A DNA stretch of 64,000 nt from Candidatus Woesearchaeota archaeon (GTDB lineage: Archaea; Nanobdellota; Nanobdellia; Woesearchaeales; UBA11576). A program made the position numbers and the translations under genes. Shown in pieces: positions 11,501 to 18,112 of the stretch. The notes beneath the pieces are model-generated. The model worked only from the letters and a program-made list of their open reading frames with translations. It ran no database searches and was not told the DNA's origin. The stretch spans positions 133,463 through 197,462 of the forward strand of contig JBDRET010000030.1 of NCBI GenBank assembly GCA_043819495.1, given 5' to 3'. Within the stretch, counting starts at the first letter, position 1; the number at the start of each line of letters is the position of its first letter.

Positions 11501-11655
11501 AACCCGCACCTGCTCCTGTTCCTGTAGAGCCAGTCGTTGATTCCCAGCAGGGTATGCAGTGGTATTGGTATGCATTCTCGGGAGTGATCGTGCTGATACT
11601 TGTCTCACTTGTCGGCCTGTATGTCTTTGAGAAGAAGCGGATCAAAGGAATCTGA
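5542..11655 (+). CDS. Giant secreted, membrane-anchored surface protein (beta-helix plus Ig-like repeats plus C-terminal anchor cassette)
   Basis: TTG start 6 nt after GAGGTG. N-terminal hydrophobic signal HGLYILIALVLFTLFSASYVLA. A parallel beta-helix-like repeat region (NCTIYGYN..., NITGSNVYG..., NISGNTIS..., NITRNTIAN...). Many DNTAP/DDAGP-initiated Ig-like modules. An FN3-like module ending YYYNITDC...FNFTT. Many N-x-S/T sequons. C-terminal TM WYWYAFSGVIVLILVSLVGLYVF plus KKRIKGI. Confidence 0.9.
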   Translation: MVEKSRLNYKIFSHTAASNHGLYILIALVLFTLFSASYVLAIVNLVAPADSVSLNTNNDTLAFTFNYTNELTGTVDCNLTLNTFVVGSQASVVVDTLSAIYSSAAFLEGVNPWDIICSNTTDTNVSSTRSFTFDSNAPTAGPTTAMLSPYVYSTWLACSIGALNISASFNDTNSGINTSSCEWQDRSQYPSGSWRNDVTVWEGNSTHGYCISTGGTSTVEQDYNLRVRARDNAGNLATAATYAGNTDCTAPTTSNNETSGWHSASYTVELTCSDPKSGCANISYNYNSGGWVTGGPGPIEVTIDALGNNTLEYYSTDNVSNTESTNTVYAALSLQCGDVITSDTTLPSDLTGCTGTGITIGTAGVTLDCNGHYIQGDYVSSGNEYGVYITANGVTVKNCTIYGYNTSSGVEAGIYATGSNNVLLQDNIFYNNYYGAWLVGGSGSNITGSNVYGAMFKGIFVDTGTSSFRVTGSNIHDTYSSAGSNAAGISVYASGMGTVFGNILTNMTGASSGIISGIHILDAGNMNISGNTISSLNTTGISVNDPGVGANGFTVADNSVTNCTNGIGVAGANHNITRNTIANNTGTGLSIDENTVHVWHNNIYGNSDSQIYINPMATIELSLGSQGNYWGHSSCPLFLTSDVKNGYTTVTDSYAYNATDGWSTYGTPPTCSRPNVTLVMPGVSGVRMFNSFNFSVNVTDIQPVLGVSISNGTAAQSMAMSGADPTNAVWWAVVYLSGLSDGAQSLSINATNSYMYNDTEGFDVVVDNTAPSVTPSSPVNNFNTSIGSFNAVFTVADDLATNMSCNATLYNASGNPVSTLGNDTTINNTATTLLLSFAAPGVYTWNVTCYDKAGSNVLTMVNGNAGSSATRTVTYDLTPPIPTSINISEPDNLVSGVFPNENITLILESSDVGGTGVMYVEANFSEVTGDLADMVNMTPNGTHWVVVFETDTSDTSDMEFDPFNVTTRVVDYAGNVNDAAFYTVVLYNMTLLSGDPEGCGNIVAGSTNFALEDDWNDIDIILLIDMNFSLACDIPAMAVDNQSHRVAKFNFTGMDMNSEAAFQQLGQFMESVDVEITPEGQFGNSRISLNSSALVDFNTTSVITMYGLPFDSMPTVLGDYGTADNGTSISYVKYVDTDTGYILGNLTFTVQGFSGYNVSDTANPSITVNAPAPNMTTVGGSTPLVNFTVNGTGTQVSWVQVYLDGTGYSYNPADSRYEVTCNASSLGSELYYCNLTSSLDDGAHTLNITAFDYGGDAGNSNNTVWIFTTDSSRPSVTNNQTNSSGTIRSTDSVLLNVTATDSTNVSNVTAGGVLMSNHTASGYNLSSTPAALGCGQGWCTVYFNATDYFGNYNDSVTVSMFVDDAGPVVTSVSVTNATNVTSAVAVNIQATVTDVSGVGSVVATNGNMMYLLSGNIYHANLTAGDLGCASNTICTITINASDTLGNYNDTETTSYYVDDTNPAVTSPSRSPAEVKSASALYLGTVVADVSNVTSVVSNNSVALTKGASSWNVTTSAGALGCAANAVCNIGFTATDMAGNVNNSVTTTVAVDDTVPVATFVYNSTNLIKSGDSVTLNITVNESNTVASVQVNSQDMDDNGGGKYGITTTGTTLGCTSTGTCTVTFVANDTAGNSGTTSTSVTVDNAGPVVSGASVTNTTSGKQKIGTVVNIAATVTDSPAGVASVTVNSTPMYLMGGTWQANVTGTALSCAANSLCTLLFTATDTLGNVNNTVTTSYTTDNTAPTNLSAFSASGTTSSTVSATMNEAAKFTVNYGTNESMLNSSANSSSFATALAVSFSTSASTVYYYNITDCWDELGNSQNLNEGPFNFTTSTAPTGGGGGGGSVTVTSEITIGDLTGSSTEMEMRKGDVLKFRHNAEDHQVKVKALGSSYADIEVMSEPQLFRLFIGQSNDVDVDGDAKNDLTVKLLDIAYNKALVKVTSLVTKEAKIALLPPAKRTPKVVEEPVVEQVTQVTEEAAPVQPEPVAEPAPAPVPVEPVVDSQQGMQWYWYAFSGVIVLILVSLVGLYVFEKKRIKGI
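9352..10780 (+). repeat. Five tandem ~105-aa Ig-like repeats, each with a conserved Cys pair
   Basis: Repeated ends: ALGCGQGWCTVYFNATDYFGNYNDSVTVSMFVDDAGPVVTS / DLGCASNTICTITINASDTLGNYNDTETTSYYVDDTNPAVTS / ALGCAANAVCNIGFTATDMAGNVNNSVTTTVAVDDTVPVAT / TLGCTSTGTCTVTFVANDTAGNSGTTSTSVTVDNAGPVVSG / ALSCAANSLCTLLFTATDTLGNVNNTVTTSYTTDNTAPTN. Confidence 0.8.
11050..11652 (+). other. C-terminal anchor cassette, copy 1 (Gly6, ~110-aa domain, LLPP, Pro/Glu linker, TM, basic tail)
   Basis: GGGGGG (11050-11067). Domain ...KGDVLKFRHNAEDHQVKVKAL...SNDVDVDGDAKNDLTVKLLDI...KIALLPP, with LLPP at 11392-11403. PE-rich linker, TM at 11560-11628, then EKKRIKGI. Alignable to copies at 11823-12398 and 61757-62344. 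Confidence 0.65.
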
Positions 11656-11678
11656 TCTTTTCTTTTTTTCTTTTTTAA
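11656..11678 (+). terminator. T-rich tract (archaeal-type terminator candidate)
   Basis: tcttttctttttttctttttt immediately after the stop codon. Similar T tracts follow most genes in the window. Confidence 0.45.
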
Positions 11679-11750
11679 ATTATCATTCCTGTAAGCAATA
11701 GGAAAGTTTTAAAATACCTGATGTATTCAGTATGCTGAAGAGGTATATCT

Positions 11751-12599
11751 ATGAGACCAGGGATCCTGACATTCTTTTCATTGCTTGCACTCATCATGCT
11801 TGCTTTCTCCGTATCAGCAGTTGTACGTGATGCTGGGGATATCACTGCAGATACCAGAGAGTGGACGCTTGTCTTAGGGGATACATTGAAGTTCACTCAC
11901 AAGCAGCTTTATCATGCGATAACTATGACGAGTGTATCGACAAGTTCTGCAAGGTTTGAACTGGATGAGCCTGTTGATAAGTTCCTGTTATATGAAGGAG
12001 AAAGTGTGGCTGTTGATCTCAATTCTGATGATACTCCTGATATCAATCTGACTTTGCTTAAGCTGTTGCCTGGTGGTGCTGTCATTGAGATAGCATCTTA
12101 TGTCAAGACAGTATCTACGATTGAGCTGTTACCACCTGCGCCTGCAAGGACACCCACAAGAAGGAGTGACCTATTGAAAGCAGAGGAAGACGCTGCAAAG
12201 GCGGCAGCAGAACCAGAACCGGTACCTCCTGTACTTATTGAAGAACCTGTTGCAGATTCTGAACCTGATACTAATATCCGTGTTGAGGAAGGTCTTGGTA
12301 CAAAGCTCTATTATTATGTGGGCATAGGTGCGGTGGTCGTGATAGCTTTAGTGGTCCTTATAGGATCTGCGGTCATGGAGAAGCGTAAGAAGGAAGATGA
12401 GGCAGAGAGCGTACCTAAAGCGCAGGGCAAACAGTATCCTGAGGGTCTTCAGACACCTGAAGAGAAGCAGTCACAGCAGGATATTGCAGATGATGCTTCA
12501 GAGGATAGTGGAGCAGAACCGGTGAATCGTGCTGGTAGGCATACTGGTGGCGAAACATCAGATAAAAAAGATCCTGCTCAGCAGAATCCTGAACAGTGA
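11751..12599 (+). CDS. Small membrane-anchored protein consisting essentially of the anchor cassette alone
   Basis: Signal peptide MRPGILTFFSLLALIMLAFSVSA. Domain ...LGDTLKFTHKQLYHAITMTSV...ESVAVDLNSDDTPDINLTLLKLL...TIELLPP, with LLPP at 12126-12137. Acidic/Pro linker, TM LYYYVGIGAVVVIALVVLIGSAVM (12306-12377), then EKRKKE and an acidic cytoplasmic tail. Confidence 0.8.
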   Translation: MRPGILTFFSLLALIMLAFSVSAVVRDAGDITADTREWTLVLGDTLKFTHKQLYHAITMTSVSTSSARFELDEPVDKFLLYEGESVAVDLNSDDTPDINLTLLKLLPGGAVIEIASYVKTVSTIELLPPAPARTPTRRSDLLKAEEDAAKAAAEPEPVPPVLIEEPVADSEPDTNIRVEEGLGTKLYYYVGIGAVVVIALVVLIGSAVMEKRKKEDEAESVPKAQGKQYPEGLQTPEEKQSQQDIADDASEDSGAEPVNRAGRHTGGETSDKKDPAQQNPEQ

Positions 12600-12782
12600 T
12601 GCTCATATCAGTGAAATCTTGTGATTAAGCCTTTTTCTGTGCATTTTAAACATTTTTGACTATTTAGAGTACTGCTCAGTAACAACAAACTTTATATACT
12701 ACTTGTTCAATTCCCGAACTAAAAGGGTGGTTTATTTGGTATTCATTAGCTCCTTTCAGGAGTGGTTTCAAGGTGATTCACT

Positions 12783-13034
12783 ATGAGATTTTTCGAAGTT
12801 GATGAAGAAGAGCTTGAAAGCAAGACCCTGTTAGAGGAAGAGGAAGAAGAAGAGGAAGAAGAGATTGACGAAGATAGTTCTGGCTCTGGTTCCAGCAGTT
12901 CTGATTCAAGTGTCTCTGATTCATTCATAGATGCTGAGAGTGAAGGTAAAGATGAGTATGAGGAGTTCTCAGATGTAGATGATGAGGATTCTGATGAGTT
13001 TGATTACAGTTCAGCTGAAGCTTATGATGATTAG
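12783..13034 (+). CDS. Hyperacidic 83-aa protein (poly-Glu, Ser/Asp-rich), function unknown
   Basis: TATA TTTATATA at 12691-12698 and AGGTGA 7 nt before the ATG. Sequence MRFFEVDEEELESKTLLEEEEEEEEEEIDED.... Low complexity makes the coding call uncertain. Confidence 0.4.
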   Translation: MRFFEVDEEELESKTLLEEEEEEEEEEIDEDSSGSGSSSSDSSVSDSFIDAESEGKDEYEEFSDVDDEDSDEFDYSSAEAYDD

Positions 13035-13062
13035 ATGTTCATTGCAGCATACTTAAGCATAT

Positions 13063-14151
13063 TTATTCCTGATATCCCCATCTGAAATCAACATATTCAA
13101 GGTCATCTTCTGAGTCATAATCAAGACCTGTTATGTATATCTTGGCATAATCCCCTTCTAATGTCCTTACCCAGAATCGTTGACCATCATTGATGTTTTC
13201 AGCTACACTACCATACCCGGAAGTAGGAGGGTCTATCATCTCAGTGAATGAGAGCGCATCTTCTTCACGTACCTCTGCACATTCGCCATCAGAGCATTCT
13301 CCCATCAGGTCTCCATCCAGGTTGAAATATATGTCTCCATCTTCAGTATCTGTAGTGGTCATTCCTGCACTGAAATCAAAGAACAGATGATCACCATCTG
13401 ACTCGGGGGGCATCGTGATCTTTCCAGTGACCCAACCATCATCTTCACTGGTCGTGTTATCGCTGTCTGTACAGCAGTCATCATCTTCTCCACATTCATA
13501 ACCTCGTGGACAGCAGCCATCATTATCTTCAGCATCTTTGATGGTATCAAAGTTACAGTAAGCATTCTTGTTCCCTGCAAATGCGCACCGGTCTCTTGTA
13601 CATGCATCATCGTCTTTGCAGTCTGCGTTAAGTTTGCATACGACATCGACGCATTCACTGTCATAGCACATCTGCAGGTCATCACATTGACTGTTGCTTG
13701 AGCATTTATTCTCTATGCATTTCTCAAGCACACAGAGGTACCCCTGTTTGCATGCGCAATCTCTTGCGCATTTACCGCAGGTCTCACTGGGATCGCAGGT
13801 TCCATCACCGCACACTGAGGGCTTCTTGCAGTCATCAGGGCAGGATTCGTATGATTCTGTATCGTCACAGTCATCATCACCGCACACGATCAGTTTTTCG
13901 CAATCGTCAGGGCAGGATTCGTATGATTCTGTTTCATCGCAGGTATCATCACCACATGTTGCTTTTGGGCTGCAATCCTGTGGGCAGGTACCCTGATTCT
14001 CTGTATCGCTGCAAATGCCATCTCCGCAGGAAGATACGTGATTGATCTCTATTTTTCTTCCTTTATCTGCGTTATCGCATGCAGTCATGAGAAGTAGTGT
14101 GCACATGATGAGACTTGTGAAAAAGAGAATATTCGCTTTCTTTTTTGTCAT
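13063..14151 (-). CDS. Cys-rich secreted lipoprotein with CGDGxC...CPxDC repeats
   Basis: Start moved to ATG 14151 (GGAG upstream): MTKKKANILFFTSLIMCTLLLMTAC, a lipobox-like LMTAC. Four CGD(G/D)xC...E...CPxDC units, further Cys-rich modules, and a C-terminal beta-rich domain ending ...YAKIYITGLDYDSEDDLEYVDFRWGYQE. Confidence 0.8.
   Translation of the reverse strand: MTKKKANILFFTSLIMCTLLLMTACDNADKGRKIEINHVSSCGDGICSDTENQGTCPQDCSPKATCGDDTCDETESYESCPDDCEKLIVCGDDDCDDTESYESCPDDCKKPSVCGDGTCDPSETCGKCARDCACKQGYLCVLEKCIENKCSSNSQCDDLQMCYDSECVDVVCKLNADCKDDDACTRDRCAFAGNKNAYCNFDTIKDAEDNDGCCPRGYECGEDDDCCTDSDNTTSEDDGWVTGKITMPPESDGDHLFFDFSAGMTTTDTEDGDIYFNLDGDLMGECSDGECAEVREEDALSFTEMIDPPTSGYGSVAENINDGQRFWVRTLEGDYAKIYITGLDYDSEDDLEYVDFRWGYQE
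13829..13959 (-). repeat. Tandem 72-nt (24-codon) duplication encoding CGDD(T/D)CD(E/D)TESYESCPDDC(E/K)K
   Basis: Two near-identical copies on the + strand text: ...tc(a/g)tcagggcaggattcgtatgattctgt(a/t)tc.... The period is 72 nt. Confidence 0.75.
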
Positions 14152-14255
14152 ATGGAACTCCAGCAAAAACTTCTTTATAAAGATTTTGGAGTGGATCCTT
14201 TTGTTATGTTCTGGGTGCTTCAAGCTTAATGTAACCACCAATAAGTAGTTAAAAA

Positions 14256-14271
14256 ACGAAACATTTATATA
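14256..14271 (+). promoter_or_regulatory. BRE/TATA promoter box
   Basis: ACGAAA-CA-TTTATATA. Strong SD AAGGAGGT at 14343-14350 before ATG 14357. Confidence 0.6.
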
Positions 14272-14356
14272 TTACGTATTTGTCACTACCTGATAACAAA
14301 TACTCTGTGTAGGGGTAAATATTCACATTTAAAGCTAATAACAAGGAGGTTTAGCG

Positions 14357-16900
14357 ATGAATAGGGGCAAAACAACTATATTTTCAGTCATGGCGCTAAT
14401 AATGATAGCGCTAGTGGCTACAAGCGCGGTTTCTCTGCCTATGACTGCATATGCAAGAGTATCCGAGGCTAGTGCTGTAGATATGGCTCAGAGAGTGCTG
14501 GATTCCAGGCTTGGAGCTGTACCTGCTATAACACAAGATACAACAACTGATGATTCTGAAAGCTCTTCTGGTTCAATCCTGGACAGATATGGAGCTTTTG
14601 AGCGTGGAGAAATTGCACAGGCCAATAGAAGCCTTGAAAGTTATCTTGATTCTCAGCGACTGCCAGGCATTTATGATGGCAGATGGGATGGCACATGGGA
14701 CAGGTTCTTTAAGCCTGATCTTGAGGTTGTATCATTCAGTACTCCAGCTTCAAAGGTACAGTATGGTGAAGAGGTCATCTTCAGCTATACTATAAAGAAC
14801 TCTGGCAACAAAGCTGCAACATTCAACTATGCTTTCTATCCTGATGTGACTGGTCTGGATGAGCGGTCTATCCCTTTGAAAGATATTGATGTTAGCAAAG
14901 TCGTACTTATGAAGCGCTCACTTGCCCCTGGTGAGACTTTCAAAGGTAAGATTTCATATACCTATAAAGCGCCTTTCTTTGCAAAAAGGACGCTGGTAAA
15001 ACCTGTCCTTGTTTTAGATTATGATACAAAAGTCAGCGAGACTGACGAGACAAACAATTTCAAGACAATAGCGCTTTGGCTTAACCCTGCTACATCGCAG
15101 GACCCTGATCCTGAAGCGGATCCTGAGCCTGAAGCAGATCCTGAGCCGGTAAGCAGACCTGACTTTACCATGTCAATCGGAGCTACCACTAGGTTTGCAA
15201 AGGTTGGCGAGCCTGTTGAGTTCAAGGTCGGATGGGAGAACCAGGGCAACCTGCGTGTCTTCAATGCATACTATCTGGTCAATTTCGGTGATGGTGACAA
15301 GCTCTATGAGCGTCAGAGAGTTTCCATGTTCACACAGTCTTTCACAAAGATGTATACACATACTTTCGAGAGACCAGGAACATATATCGTTGCTGCTATT
15401 GCAGACCCTTTTGACAATGTCAGAGAGTCTGATGAGAAGAACAACGAGCAGTCTGTAAGGGTGCTTGTCCTTGAAGGAAGCACTCCTGAGGATCCTGTTG
15501 TCGATCCTGAGGACCCGATAGAAGATCCTGTTGAGGATCCTGTTGTTGATCCTGAGGACCCGATAGAAGATCCTGTTGAGGATCCTGTTGTTGATCCTGA
15601 GGACCTGATAGAAGATCCTGTTGAGGATCCTGTTGTTGATCCAGAAGATCCGGTTGAAGATCCTGTTGAAGACAATGCTCCTTCATCTGTCATGAGCGTA
15701 ACACCTCTTAACGGAACAGCACCTCTTACGATAACTATCGACGGTACTGGAAGCAATGATCTTGAAGGTGCTATCTCAGCTTATTCACTTATCGTGACAG
15801 GACCCCAAGGTCTTGAGTATGGTGAGCTGAATCAGCCAGGTGCGCCAGGAGTATTCAATGTAACACTTGCTAATGCGGGCGAGTATGAAGTGATGCTTAC
15901 TGTATCAGACAGTGCAGGCAACAATGTTGCAGCTTCAGAGCTTGTGATTGTTACTGCAGCAGAACCTGTTGATGATGGAAGCAATAACCCGGTCGGAAAC
16001 ACTGCACCGGTCGCTTCGATAACCACTACAGCTACTGGCACTGCTCCTTTGAACATCACTATAGATGGTTCAGCAAGCACTGATAATGTAGGCATAACAA
16101 GCCATTCATGGGTCGTTACCGGTCCATCAGGTATTGTTTACGAAGCATCTGATGTTGCAGGTACACCATCAGCAGTCCATCTTGTATTTGGTGCTGCAGG
16201 TAGCTATGTCGTGATCTTGACTGTCATTGACGGTGAAGGTCTTGTCGGTTCTGCACAGCATACTGTGACTGTCTCTGCACCAGCTTCTGGTTCAGGTAAC
16301 AACAGCACTAGCAATACCGTCACTCCAGTCATATCTGGCAGGAATGTCAATGAGATCAAGCAGGATTCTGCTAAGATAGTCTGGACTACAGACATCAATG
16401 CAGATTCCATGGTCTTGTATGGCACAGACAATGAAGACCTTGATGAAGAAGAGTCAGATGATGATTTTAAGAAGTCACACTCTATCACTCTTGAGGATCT
16501 TGAGCCTGAGACAAAGTATTACTATAAGATAGAATCCTGCACAGATGATAATGGTTGTAAGACTGCAGGGCCATACAGCTTCACTACACTTGTAGGATCA
16601 AGCAGTTCAAGTTCAGGAAACGATGCAGACTACGATGCTTATGATAATTTTGATTATCTGCAGCAAAGTGCAGCTTCATTATCTGCACAGAAATCGCAGA
16701 AGAGTGCTACTGCACCAGAGCCTGCAGCAAAACCTGCTCAGCCTGAAGTAGAAGTGGTCTACATACCTACTCAGTTCATAGAGGTTGAGGAAGAGGTCTG
16801 CAAGTTCAAGCTGCTCTTCTGGTGTGTCTGGTCTGAGACTGTGACGCAGAAGATCCCGATACCTGCTGCAACGCAGGAAGGCATCCAATATTTTATCTAA
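14357..16900 (+). CDS. Secreted surface protein: 2x CARDB-like, acidic Pro repeat spacer, 2x PKD, FN3-like
   Basis: Signal peptide TIFSVMALIMIALVATSAVSLPMTAYA. CARDB signatures: PDLEVVSF...IKNSGNKAA...ETDETNNF and PDFTMSIG...ENQGNL...ESDEKNNEQ. PKD-like modules: TAPLTITIDGTGS...LTVSDSAGN and TAPLNITIDGSAS...LTVIDGEG. FN3-like module ...IVWTTDINADSMVLYG...ETKYYYKIESC...YSFTT. Confidence 0.9.
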   Translation: MNRGKTTIFSVMALIMIALVATSAVSLPMTAYARVSEASAVDMAQRVLDSRLGAVPAITQDTTTDDSESSSGSILDRYGAFERGEIAQANRSLESYLDSQRLPGIYDGRWDGTWDRFFKPDLEVVSFSTPASKVQYGEEVIFSYTIKNSGNKAATFNYAFYPDVTGLDERSIPLKDIDVSKVVLMKRSLAPGETFKGKISYTYKAPFFAKRTLVKPVLVLDYDTKVSETDETNNFKTIALWLNPATSQDPDPEADPEPEADPEPVSRPDFTMSIGATTRFAKVGEPVEFKVGWENQGNLRVFNAYYLVNFGDGDKLYERQRVSMFTQSFTKMYTHTFERPGTYIVAAIADPFDNVRESDEKNNEQSVRVLVLEGSTPEDPVVDPEDPIEDPVEDPVVDPEDPIEDPVEDPVVDPEDLIEDPVEDPVVDPEDPVEDPVEDNAPSSVMSVTPLNGTAPLTITIDGTGSNDLEGAISAYSLIVTGPQGLEYGELNQPGAPGVFNVTLANAGEYEVMLTVSDSAGNNVAASELVIVTAAEPVDDGSNNPVGNTAPVASITTTATGTAPLNITIDGSASTDNVGITSHSWVVTGPSGIVYEASDVAGTPSAVHLVFGAAGSYVVILTVIDGEGLVGSAQHTVTVSAPASGSGNNSTSNTVTPVISGRNVNEIKQDSAKIVWTTDINADSMVLYGTDNEDLDEEESDDDFKKSHSITLEDLEPETKYYYKIESCTDDNGCKTAGPYSFTTLVGSSSSSSGNDADYDAYDNFDYLQQSAASLSAQKSQKSATAPEPAAKPAQPEVEVVYIPTQFIEVEEEVCKFKLLFWCVWSETVTQKIPIPAATQEGIQYFI
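15491..15672 (+). repeat. Tandem 45-nt repeat (~4 copies) encoding DPVVDPEDPIEDPVE
   Basis: gatcctgttg(t/a)(c/t)gatcctgaggacc(c/t)gatagaagatcctgttgag repeated head to tail at 15491, 15536 and 15581, with a diverged fourth copy. Confidence 0.85.
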
Positions 16901-16930
16901 TTTTTTTATTCTATTTTTATTGTCTTTTTC
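16901..16930 (+). terminator. T-rich terminator candidate
   Basis: tttttttattctatttttattgtctttttc directly after the stop. Confidence 0.45.
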
Positions 16931-16963
16931 TGATATTTAAGCGACTCTATCTCAATACGCTCA

Positions 16964-16978
16964 GAAAACTTTATAAAT
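16964..16978 (+). promoter_or_regulatory. TATA box for a leaderless operon
   Basis: GAAAAC-TTTATAAAT ends 25 nt before ATG 17003. No SD lies between, which implies a leaderless transcript. Confidence 0.55.
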
Positions 16979-17002
16979 GGATTTTCACTGTATCATTTAT
17001 AT

Positions 17003-17533
17003 ATGGCAGGACACACCATCAAGGAGGCCAAAGGCGCACCTGCCTTCAGGCTGAAATATAAGGGCATATTTGATTACAACAAGATTGCCACGTTCATCAT
17101 CGAATGGATGAAGAACCGTCATTTCGATCTGAATGAGGCAATTCATAAGCATAAGATGTCCTGCCCTCATGGTTTTGAGATTGAGCGGACCATCGAAGGT
17201 GAACGGAAAATAAGTGATTTTTACAAGTACAAGGTCACTGCTGAAATTCATATGTGGGATGCGTTTGAGGTGGATGCTGTCAAAGATGGAAAGAAGGTGA
17301 AGCTCTGGAATGCGCGAGTAGAGATCGCTCTGGGGTTTGAGGTGGTCTGTGACTATTCCGGAAAGTATGAGACCAGTGAGTTCATGGAGAAATTGCGGAA
17401 CTTTTATTGTGAGTATATAATAAAGAAAGAGATAATAATAAGGCACGCTGATTCACTTTATTACAAGCTATTGAGCTTACATACTGCGCTCAAGAAGATG
17501 TTGGATATGGAGACTGCGACGGTGTTCAGATAA
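17003..17533 (+). CDS. Hypothetical 176-aa protein, paralog of the next gene
   Basis: Clean ORF. Shares a pattern with the next ORF: ...KVKL(W/N)(N/Q)(A/G)(R/K)(V/I)xI...G...(D)(Y/W).G(K/R)(Y/W)E...(Y/F)xxYIxxK. No family recognised. Confidence 0.7.
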   Translation: MAGHTIKEAKGAPAFRLKYKGIFDYNKIATFIIEWMKNRHFDLNEAIHKHKMSCPHGFEIERTIEGERKISDFYKYKVTAEIHMWDAFEVDAVKDGKKVKLWNARVEIALGFEVVCDYSGKYETSEFMEKLRNFYCEYIIKKEIIIRHADSLYYKLLSLHTALKKMLDMETATVFR

Positions 17534-18045
17534 TGTCGGAAAAGAAGATACTCATCGATGAGGAAGCCCTTGAGTATGAGGGGTTGTTCAACCTGATCGA
17601 GCTCTATTCTATAATCGATGATTTCCTGAAGCTGAAAGGTTATGATAAGTTTGAGCCTCTGAATGAGGAAAGTGTGTATCCGCACGGAAAGGACGTGCAT
17701 ATAATACTCGCGCCGATGAAGTGGCATACTGATTATGTCAGGAAAGTCCTGAAGATCGATCTCCAGCTGAGTAAGATAAAAGAAGTCGAGACTGAGGTCG
17801 ACAAGGTCAAGGTCAAGCTGAATCAGGGCAAGATCAGGATACTCTATTCAGGGATGCTCGAGACTGATTGGGAAGGCAGATGGGAGCAGAGGCCGATATA
17901 TCATTTCATCCGGACAATATTTGATAAGTATATCTACCGCAAGCACACACAGGATTTCGAGTCTGAGATAATATCTGATGTCAATGAGCTCCGTGATAAG
18001 ATGGGCAGTTTCCTGAATCTGTATAGGTTCAGGAAGGCATTGTGA
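17533..18045 (+). CDS. Hypothetical 170-aa protein, paralog of the previous gene
   Basis: Its ATG overlaps the previous stop (TAATG at 17531-17535), which suggests translational coupling. No family recognised. Confidence 0.7.
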   Translation: MSEKKILIDEEALEYEGLFNLIELYSIIDDFLKLKGYDKFEPLNEESVYPHGKDVHIILAPMKWHTDYVRKVLKIDLQLSKIKEVETEVDKVKVKLNQGKIRILYSGMLETDWEGRWEQRPIYHFIRTIFDKYIYRKHTQDFESEIISDVNELRDKMGSFLNLYRFRKAL

Positions 18046-18112
18046 TCAGGTTATTATAGTTAAGGATGTTCTGAAGCATTTCTCTTCACTTAATGTATGA
18101 TTTATTCACTTA

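Noticed and set aside
11392-11652. PGF-CTERM / PEP-CTERM (archaeosortase or exosortase) sorting signal in the anchor cassette
   Set aside because: Those signals place the short motif directly before the TM helix. Here the invariant LLPP lies 45-60 residues upstream of the TM, and no PGF or PEP tripeptide precedes it.
15313-15756. 147-aa minus-strand ORF with GSSTGSS repeats
   Set aside because: It is the antisense translation of the 45-nt DPVVDPEDPIEDPVE tandem repeat, so the repeat periodicity explains it.
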